Assembly: GCA_965237955.1 (NCBI GenBank)
Contig: OZ250169.1
Coordinates: forward strand, 1,632,001 to 1,696,000
Reading direction: 5' to 3'
DNA length: 64,000 nucleotides
DNA from: Candidatus Marinacidobacterales bacterium
GTDB lineage: Bacteria; Acidobacteriota; Vicinamibacteria; Marinacidobacterales; SMYC01
The notes beneath the pieces are model-generated. The model ran no database searches, was not told where the DNA came from, and saw only the letters and a list, made by a program, of their open reading frames with translations. Positions within the stretch are counted from its first letter, which is position 1. The number at the start of each line of letters is the position of its first letter. Positions 8,977 to 16,222 of this stretch are shown here, in pieces. Made by a program: the position numbers and the translations under genes.

Positions 8977-9387
8977 ATGGGAGCTCGTCTGAAAGATTTG
9001 GGTCTGGGCGTCGTTGCCGCCGGCTGGCTCGTCGCTGCGACCTGGATGACGCCCGCGGGGGACGTCCTCGCCGCGCCATCGGGCGAGACGCTACCGACCA
9101 TGTGCTGGATCCGAGCCACCACCGGTCACGCGTGCCCGACGTGCGGTATGAGTCGAAGCTTCGTCGCGTTTTTTCATGGCGACGTAGGCCACGCGTTCCA
9201 GTTTCATCCGGTGGGCCCGGTCCTCGCGGCGGCTACGGTGATGGTTCTCGTTTCGGTTCTCGGGCTCGCGATCTCGGGGCGCAGGCCGCTTTGGGGTCGC
9301 CCGGTTTTCGCGCGCGCGCTGACGCTCTCGGCGGCGGGCGCTCTTTTCGCTGGCGTGGTACGCATGTTGGTTGGAGGGCTCGGATGA
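8977..9387 (+). CDS. DUF2752 family membrane protein
   Basis: C-x5-TG-x2-CPTCGMSRSF...HP signature flanked by TM helices. Confidence 0.8.
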   Translation: MGARLKDLGLGVVAAGWLVAATWMTPAGDVLAAPSGETLPTMCWIRATTGHACPTCGMSRSFVAFFHGDVGHAFQFHPVGPVLAAATVMVLVSVLGLAISGRRPLWGRPVFARALTLSAAGALFAGVVRMLVGGLG

Positions 9388-9923
9388 ATCGCTGCTCGGT
9401 TTGTCACACGTTGATTCAAGAAGGTGTGCCGACGCGTACCTGTCCGGAATGCCATCAGCAGTATCATGAGAGCTGTTGGGAAGGCATTGGGGGGTGCGCG
9501 ACGTACGGCTGCGAGAAAGTCGCGCCCGCGGAAAAACCAGAACCGGTGGCGGTGCAAGGCACGGGGTGGGGCGACAGTAAATCGTGTCCGGCGTGCGAGG
9601 TTGAGTTGAGCTCGAGCTTTCTCGTGTGCAGCTGCGGAGCCCAGTTCCCGTACGCGGACTCGATGACGAAGGATGAATACTACCACTGGCTCGCGAAGCA
9701 GGAGCAGATCAATTCCGCGCGTCGTTCTCTCGTCATTCTGTTCGTAGTCTGTTTGGCCGGCGTGCCCGCTCCGGTGATCGGGCCGATCGCGGGATGGTAT
9801 GCCTTTACCAAGAGAAAACAGCTGGAGGGCGCCGGTGGCACGTATCTCGCCATGGGATACGGTACCGCGGCGCTAGGAGCGACCTACGCGTTGATGATGC
9901 TCGCGCTCGCGTTGGGATTCTAG
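9384..9923 (+). CDS. Second prokaryotic RING finger + Zn-ribbon + 2-TM protein (candidate E3)
   Basis: CSVC-x12-CPEC-x4-HESCW-x5-CATYGC; CPAC...CSCG; two C-terminal hydrophobic helices; ATGA overlap with DUF2752 gene. Confidence 0.85.
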   Translation: MNRCSVCHTLIQEGVPTRTCPECHQQYHESCWEGIGGCATYGCEKVAPAEKPEPVAVQGTGWGDSKSCPACEVELSSSFLVCSCGAQFPYADSMTKDEYYHWLAKQEQINSARRSLVILFVVCLAGVPAPVIGPIAGWYAFTKRKQLEGAGGTYLAMGYGTAALGATYALMMLALALGF

Positions 9924-9941
9924 GGAGTTGTCAGGACACTC

Positions 9942-11228
9942 GTGACGATGAGCACCGTAGGGGGGACGATTTGTCCTGAGTGCAGCGCTCCGGTCAAGGT
10001 GCGTCTCATCGGTGGTGAGGCGTGTCCGCAGTGTGAATCGTCGAAAGCCTGGGAGCGCTACGGCGGGGACGGCCACAAGCTCGTCATCCACAAGCGGGAT
10101 ATTGCAGAGGCCGAAGCCAAGATCACCGGACAAGCCGACGGTTCGGCGGCGACGGCGCGGTACTGGTTGCCGGGTCTTCTTGCTCTCGGCGTCGGCATCG
10201 GAGCGAGCTTTTTCGTGCGCGAGCTCTTCAGCGCTCGTCCGCTCGGTCCCTTGGAGCCGTTGGTCGCGGAGCTGCAGCGAACGTCCCTCATGCGCGCAGG
10301 GCTCGGCGTTGTGGCTCTCGCGGTAGGCATTGCATCGACGCTCGCGCAGAAAAAGGGATCTCTGTTCAGGAACGCGACTCTCCTCATCGTGAACTTGTCC
10401 GCGGTGCTCGTGGGAGCGGTCACGATGCTCGTCGGTGCATTTCAATGGGCCAACTGGGGCGGTGCGAGCGGCGTCGGCTGGGCTCACATGGCGATGCCGC
10501 CGCTCGCGGGAGCTCTGTCAACGACGCAGGCGATCACCGCCCAAGAGAAATCCATCATGTCGGCGACGACGGTTCTGGTCGCACCGGATGGGAACGGAGA
10601 CGCGCGCGGAATGTCGTTGGGATCGGGCGCTGTCATCCGCAGCGACAGCGGAGCTGCATTTGTGGTGACCTGCTCTCACGTCGCCATGCCGTATGCTTCG
10701 GTTGCGGCTTTCCGGGATCCTAAGGATGCCCATCCCGTGTGGGTCTATTTTTCGGATGGGCGCCATGCCGAGGGACATGTCGTGTGGACCGCCGAGCCGC
10801 CCCTCGACGTCGCGGTCGTGCGCGTCGACATCGAAGACCCTCCCAATCCGGTACCGGTGCGCGCGAGCGCGGATGCGGCCGAGCAAGGGTTCGACGTGTC
10901 GTTCGTGCCCAACCCGTTCCGCTCGGGATGGACGGTGCACCGCGGCAAAGTGCTGAAGCGGGAGTCGCACCGGACGCCTGCCGGAGAATACAGTTTGATC
11001 TATACCAGTTTGCCGGTGCAGCCGGGGGACAGTGGTACCGGGCTCTTCGATAGTTTGGGTCGCCTCGTCGGGCTCAACACGTGGACGCAGATCGAAGAAG
11101 GGGGACCGAGGGGCATCAGCTTGCCGTCGAACACGATGGAGCGCATCGTCGAGATGATGGAGATGACGGAGATGATGGACGCCAACGAGCTCGTCAACTT
11201 GGACGGGCTGGATGGGGCAGATCCATGA
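9942..11228 (+). CDS. Zn-ribbon + 3 TM + trypsin-like (S1) serine protease
   Basis: N-terminal CPEC...CPQC; three hydrophobic segments; triad motifs TCSHV, DVAVV, GDSG. Confidence 0.85.
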   Translation: MTMSTVGGTICPECSAPVKVRLIGGEACPQCESSKAWERYGGDGHKLVIHKRDIAEAEAKITGQADGSAATARYWLPGLLALGVGIGASFFVRELFSARPLGPLEPLVAELQRTSLMRAGLGVVALAVGIASTLAQKKGSLFRNATLLIVNLSAVLVGAVTMLVGAFQWANWGGASGVGWAHMAMPPLAGALSTTQAITAQEKSIMSATTVLVAPDGNGDARGMSLGSGAVIRSDSGAAFVVTCSHVAMPYASVAAFRDPKDAHPVWVYFSDGRHAEGHVVWTAEPPLDVAVVRVDIEDPPNPVPVRASADAAEQGFDVSFVPNPFRSGWTVHRGKVLKRESHRTPAGEYSLIYTSLPVQPGDSGTGLFDSLGRLVGLNTWTQIEEGGPRGISLPSNTMERIVEMMEMTEMMDANELVNLDGLDGADP

Positions 11229-12220
11229 GCAACTTTCGACTACGTCGTCTACAGTCGGACTACGAGGCGGTGAAACGTCTCGTTCACTTGCATCCGAAGA
11301 TCGAGGTCGAGGGGGTGAGCGGAAACCCACCCGACCGCTATCGGTTGGTGATGCGGGTTCGCTCGCTGCGCGAGCAGGGCGAGCGCGTCGATCTCGCCAG
11401 AGAACATCGCCTCGAGATCACGCTTCCCAAGGGCTACCCGCGAGATGCACCGGTGTGTCGCATGCTCACGCCGGTCTTTCATCCCAACATCGCGCCGCAT
11501 ACGGTTTGCATCGGGGATCACTGGAGCGCTGCCGAGCGCCTCGACGAGATGATCCAACGCGTCGGAGAAGTGCTGGGGTTTCAGAGCTACAACGTGCAGA
11601 GCCCGCTGAACGGCCAGGCGGCGCGCTGGGTCGAAGAGCACATGCATCGGCTGCCGATCGAAAAAGAAGAGTTTTTCATCGATCTTTCGAGCGCCGTGCA
11701 CCGTGACGTCAAGACCGCGAGTCAAGATCAATGCTCCAACTGCGGCGCCAAGGACAAACCGCTCGAGCCGTGCGGGACGGGGCACGTCCTGTGCGGCGAT
11801 TGCGTCGCGCACTGCAAAGTATGTGGGTCGGTTCTTTGCCTCGCCTGTGGATCGACCAGTTGCAAGGCATGTGCTCAGGCCGCACTCGCGGCTACGGCGC
11901 CGACGGCGGCGAGAGTGCAGGCGCCCGTCAACCCCACTCGGCCAACCGGGCCCACCGGGCCGGGCGCGGCCACAGGCGCCACCGCGACCGCGACTTCGAC
12001 CGCGACGTCTGTCTCTGCTGTTCCCGCAAAAGCCGCGCCCGAGGCCGCCGCGGCGCAGCATCAAGGTTGGGTCTGCAGCAATTGTGGCACGCGAGATACC
12101 AAGGCCGTGCAGTGTCGCCAAAAACACATCCTGTGCTCGAATTGCATGATTCGCTGTCAGACCTGTGGGCGCGGGTTGTGCATGATGTGCGGCCAGTACC
12201 CTTGCCAGGCGTGCGCCTGA
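11225..12220 (+). CDS. UBC-fold E2 conjugating enzyme fused to two Cys-rich RING-like repeats
   Basis: RLRRLQSDY, YPRDAP, FHPNI-x5-C(95)IG, WS, SPLN; two 47-aa C11H repeats separated by an Ala/Thr/Pro linker; ATGA overlap with protease gene. Confidence 0.9.
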   Translation: MSNFRLRRLQSDYEAVKRLVHLHPKIEVEGVSGNPPDRYRLVMRVRSLREQGERVDLAREHRLEITLPKGYPRDAPVCRMLTPVFHPNIAPHTVCIGDHWSAAERLDEMIQRVGEVLGFQSYNVQSPLNGQAARWVEEHMHRLPIEKEEFFIDLSSAVHRDVKTASQDQCSNCGAKDKPLEPCGTGHVLCGDCVAHCKVCGSVLCLACGSTSCKACAQAALAATAPTAARVQAPVNPTRPTGPTGPGAATGATATATSTATSVSAVPAKAAPEAAAAQHQGWVCSNCGTRDTKAVQCRQKHILCSNCMIRCQTCGRGLCMMCGQYPCQACA

Positions 12221-12441
12221 ACTGTCGGAATTCCAGACACCGCCTGCGTTTTCCCCAAGTCACGCTGCTCCCAAGAGTTAACACTGTCCTCCTGGGACCG
12301 GGTGTCGGCTCGCATGACAACCGGAGCGTCCGAGCAAACCACTCAGCGCGCGAACGTCCTGGTTTCACGCTGGTAAATCCGCAACACCCGTGTTGGCGCG
12401 ATGTTTGCTTTGACTTTGATGTACTCAACCAAAGGACGGGA

Positions 12442-12594
12442 ATGGACGAGGGACGTCTGCGCGAATTCGAGGACTGGGCGCTCAGCGAGCGATCGCAGCT
12501 CAGCGACTCCGAGAACGTACTGCTCGACGCGATCGCGGAAGCGTGTTTGGCGGTTCGCCTAGCATGGCAAGACCAAGAATCCCGTCGCGGGTAG
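12442..12594 (+). CDS. Possible small hypothetical protein (50 aa)
   Basis: ATG preceded by AAAGGA; helical acidic sequence; no recognised family. Confidence 0.3.
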   Translation: MDEGRLREFEDWALSERSQLSDSENVLLDAIAEACLAVRLAWQDQESRRG

Positions 12595-12818
12595 CTCGAA
12601 GCGTGGCGTGACAAAGCGAAGACCTACCGAGAAGAGCTTCAAAAAGACCATGAGGCCATTGAAGGCGCCGACATCGAGCTTGCCGTCGGGGACAAAGATG
12701 CCGCGGTCAAGGCACGCTCCATCCTGAACGATCGTCTGCAAACCCACCCCGAAGTCGAGTAGAGCGCTTTCACGCTTTCACGTTGCCGAGAAAAACGAGC
12801 CTACTGAATCCGCCCGAT

Positions 12819-13865
12819 TCACTCTTCCAGCTTGCCGGAGAGGCGAGAGAAGTAGGATCGCAGCTTCGCAGGATCGCTCGTCGTGGCAAGCACGGCGACG
12901 AGCACGAGGCGGGCTTTCAAGCCGTCCAGATCCTCGCCCGAGATCACGCCGGAGCGCTTCGCATCGTCACCGACCAGGACGCGGCCGCCACCGGCGCGCG
13001 CCGTGAACACGACTGTGACGTCCTGGTTGCGCGCGTCCCGAACCGCGTCCATGACTTTCGGCGGAACATTCCCGCGCCCGAACACCTCGAGCACGATACC
13101 TCGCTGACCGGAGGCGACCGCGGCGCGGACTTGGCTTCCGTCGCTTCCTGTGAAGAGTCGAATGAGGGTGACCCGCGGCTCGACGGCATCGACGTCGAGC
13201 GTGAGTCGACGCGCCGGCTTGCGAGCCAGGTAGATGTTCTCGCCGTCGAAATACCCGAGCGGGCCGAATCCCGGTGACGCGAAAGCGTTGGTTGCGACGG
13301 TGTGGGTCTTCCGCACGTCGCGCGCCGTATGGATCTCGTCGTTCAACGTGACGAGAACCCCGAGACCTCTTGCTCCCTCGGTCGCGGCCAGGCGAACTGC
13401 GTTCAGGAGATTGCGAGGAGCGTCGGTGTCGCTTCGACGCGGCGGTCGCATCGCCGCCACGAACACCACGGGGCGATCGTCCTCCAACAAAAGGTCGAGG
13501 AGGAAAGCGGTTTCCTCGAGCGAATCGGTTCCATGGGTGACGACGATTCCCGAGAGCTCCGGCTCATCGTGGAAGAGCTCGTTGACGCGCTTTGCGATGC
13601 CGAATTGCAGCTCCGGCGTCATGCGCGAGCTTCCGATCGCCATGTAGTCCTCCACGCTCAGCTCGGCGACGCTCGCCAGCGCTGGGTTCAGCTCTTTGAG
13701 CTCGGCCGCGGACAGCGAGCCGGCGCGGCCACCGGCGATCGTCCCGCCGGTAGCGATCAAGCGCACTTTCGGCTCGTCGGAAGCGGAGACACTGGAAGCG
13801 CACAGGATGAGTGCGCACAAGATCCGCTGATAGTTCCAGTTACCCACGCGTGCGTGTTTTAGCAC
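12819..13865 (-). CDS. L-asparaginase (type II-like, probable signal peptide)
   Basis: ATGGTIAG and HGTDSLEET active-site motifs; hydrophobic N-terminus; exact start uncertain. Confidence 0.9.
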   Translation of the reverse strand: MLKHARVGNWNYQRILCALILCASSVSASDEPKVRLIATGGTIAGGRAGSLSAAELKELNPALASVAELSVEDYMAIGSSRMTPELQFGIAKRVNELFHDEPELSGIVVTHGTDSLEETAFLLDLLLEDDRPVVFVAAMRPPRRSDTDAPRNLLNAVRLAATEGARGLGVLVTLNDEIHTARDVRKTHTVATNAFASPGFGPLGYFDGENIYLARKPARRLTLDVDAVEPRVTLIRLFTGSDGSQVRAAVASGQRGIVLEVFGRGNVPPKVMDAVRDARNQDVTVVFTARAGGGRVLVGDDAKRSGVISGEDLDGLKARLVLVAVLATTSDPAKLRSYFSRLSGKLEE

Positions 13866-14047
13866 ACGTGGGGGAAAAGGGGACGGTCTAGATCACGGAC
13901 AGCCGCGCTACGAGAGCCTATAATAGAACGCTAAACCTCGACCCGAAAAATCAATTGAGCGCGTAAGCGATGTCTTATTCTGCCAACGGCGGATCGAATC
14001 CCCCCAACCCGCAGTCGTTGGCCACACCGATCGCGGGGGGGAAGCGT

Positions 14048-14653
14048 ATGAAGACCGTACTGGACCTCATCGGGGAGTTCGCTGTTCTTCATGATGCCAA
14101 GGTCATGTGGGGCGGAAAGTTACCCAACGAAGCGGAGCAGCGTTGGGAGGAGCTCAAAGACTTCTACGACCTTCTCATGTCCAAAAGCGGTGTCGGTCCG
14201 CGACCGGTCACGCGGCAATTCTCCGCGAAGGATATCGAGGAAAAAGTCACGTCGCGCGAGCGGCTGCGGGTTCCGGTCGAGATGGACATGATCTTCCGCG
14301 CAGGCGAGGAGTTCCACGCGGCCAAAGGCGTCAACGTGAGCCGTGGCGGTCTCTACCTTTCGTCACCCCTGATTCTTCCTGTCTCAACGACGGTAACGGT
14401 TTACCTCGCGAGCTCCGACGTCACCCATGAATCGCTCCTCGAAGCACCCGGCGAGGTCGTGTGGGCAACCGAAGAAGGCCGCGATCAGGCTTCGCTGCCT
14501 CCGGGCATGGGCATCAGCTTCACGACGCAAGAAGGACACCTCGAGCGCCATCTCGACGCGATGGTCATTAACTCGCTGGTGCGCCATCTCTCGGGCGTGG
14601 ATGCCAATTGCTTCGCCCCGGAGTTCCTCTTGAAAGAAAGCGTCGAGCTGTAA
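14048..14653 (+). CDS. PilZ domain (c-di-GMP-binding) protein
   Basis: RERLR (RxxxR) and NVSRGG (D/NxSxxG), GEVVW, PGMGISF; alternative start at 13970. Confidence 0.75.
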   Translation: MKTVLDLIGEFAVLHDAKVMWGGKLPNEAEQRWEELKDFYDLLMSKSGVGPRPVTRQFSAKDIEEKVTSRERLRVPVEMDMIFRAGEEFHAAKGVNVSRGGLYLSSPLILPVSTTVTVYLASSDVTHESLLEAPGEVVWATEEGRDQASLPPGMGISFTTQEGHLERHLDAMVINSLVRHLSGVDANCFAPEFLLKESVEL

Positions 14654-14658
14654 AGATC

Positions 14659-14691
14659 AACGCAAAGGCGCAGAGTCGCCAAGGCGCAAAG
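14659..14691. repeat. Left arm of ACGCAAAG/GGCGCAAAG palindromic repeat
   Basis: AACGCAAAGGCGCAGAGTCGCCAAGGCGCAAAG; complementary arm at 16181-16214; intact copy at 56057-56135. Confidence 0.8.
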
Positions 14692-14790
14692 TGAGCGCCT
14701 TCGCGCGGATTCTCTCGTGAGTCGTGGGCGTGCGGAGCTCAGACACGCGCCGCAAGACGCAACTAACTGCTTTCGGATGCTGATATTTCT

Positions 14791-16174
14791 GGGTCTACGC
14801 GGGTTCGTGTGGGTTGAAAACGGCATTTCTGGGTAATGGCGGAAGGAATGCCGCCACGATCTTCAGCTTGAGATATCCCTCGTCACGATAGCCGTAGGCG
14901 CGTCGTTGCAGAACACGGATTTTGTTGTTGACCCCTTCAACCAGTCCGAGACTGACTTTGTTCTCAGGATGACAGTAGGAGGCGATACCATCCCAATGGG
15001 ACTCAATCATTCCGGCGAACTTCTGGTAGGGATGCAGGCGCTGCCATTTGAGGCTGTCTTTCCAACGTGTGAAAAAGGCGCGAGCCCCGCGTTCGGTGCG
15101 GTAATCCCAGAGTTGCCCGAAGGCCTCCTTCAAAACATAGGCGGTGTTCAGGCGCCGGTTGGCCTGGAGCAACTTCTTGAGTGCGCGGCGACCGTCCAGG
15201 CTCAGGTTCTCCCGCCGGGAAAGCAACGTGTAACGCTGCCCCTTGATATACGACCGGTCCTCGCCGCTGAGGCGTTTGTACTCACGGCGCCGGACCTCAT
15301 CGAGAGCCTTTGACAGGTGACGCATGATATGAAACTTGTCGAAGATGATCCGCGCATTGGGTGCGTTGTTAATCACCGAGTTCCGGAAGGGCTTCCACAT
15401 ATCCATGGCGGCCAGCTTGATACGGGCGCTTTTCTTCCCGCCCAGCGCCTTGAAGAACAAATCGATGTCGGTTTCTTTGCGACCCTCACCGCCCACCCAG
15501 ATGGGACGCGCCCGCTCCAGGTCGCTGACAATGACACGATAGTTATGTCCCTTGCGGATGGAGATCTCATCAATACCGATGGCCCGAGGCGCCGGCAGCC
15601 CCGCCCGCTCGACTTGCTCTTGCATGTAGAGCTTATCCAGGTCCTTCACCGTAGTGTGGTGCAGACGTTCCATCTCGGCCACCGCCTTGTTCGGCATATC
15701 CCGGCACAGCTTGCCCACATGCGTCGCAAAGCGCTGGGTGTAGCGCGGGTTGTTCGCCAGCCAGTCCAAGTGTTCTACATGCACACCACCGCACCCACGA
15801 CAGTTGACGCGCCAACGCTCGTATTCCAGATAGATCCGCCAGCCTGCCAACGACAGGTCGCGGACCCGGCACACTTGCTTGTCATAGCGCCCCCGGCACC
15901 GATGCCCACAGTACGAGCACACGGCTGTTTTTTTCGCCTCTTGAGCTGGATGACGCGGGCGTATCGGTCACCGAATACACCGTTCAATCGGGCGCCAGCC
16001 ACGAAACCTGGTAGCGCAAAAAGCGAGCGGATCGACTGGGGATTTTTCACTCGGTTAGCCTATCCGAAAAACGGATCACTTCTCAGCACCTGATGAAGTG
16101 CTGAATACCTTTTCCACACAATGAGTTACACTATTTCTCCGTCAGCATTCGCCCACAGATTTCCGCGTAGACCC
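14791..16174 (-). mobile_element. Complete ISL3-family insertion sequence (1384 bp)
   Basis: Terminal inverted repeats GGGTCTACGCGG-N5-TGTGGG at both ends; 8-bp direct repeat ATATTTCT at 14783-14790 and 16175-16182. Confidence 0.95.
14795..16050 (-). CDS. ISL3 transposase, two ORFs joined by a -1 shift at an A7 run (15928-15934)
   Basis: Zn finger CSYC...CRGC, IGIDE, AMDMW, FDKFH, EGVNNKI, RRAYGYR; upstream ORF MKNPQS...KRRKK joins to KTAVCSYC after a -1 shift. Confidence 0.9.
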
Positions 16175-16180
16175 ATATTT

Positions 16181-16214
16181 CTTTGCGTACTTCGCGTCTT
16201 CGCGCCTTTGCGTT
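16181..16214. repeat. Right arm of the palindromic repeat split by ISL3
   Basis: CTTTGCGTACTTCGCGTCTTCGCGCCTTTGCGTT, near reverse complement of 14659-14691. Confidence 0.8.
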
Positions 16215-16222
16215 CCGTTCTT

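Noticed and set aside
11151-11180. 9-bp tandem repeat (EMMEMTEMM) at the protease C-terminus
   Set aside because: In-frame low-complexity tail with no evidence of function
11081-11224. N-terminal extension of E2 in the ORF track
   Set aside because: Overlaps the protease gene; ATG 11225 with ATGA coupling matches the start of the UBC fold
12559-12747. Short minus-strand ORF after the Ubl operon
   Set aside because: No RBS or recognisable motif; cannot support as a gene
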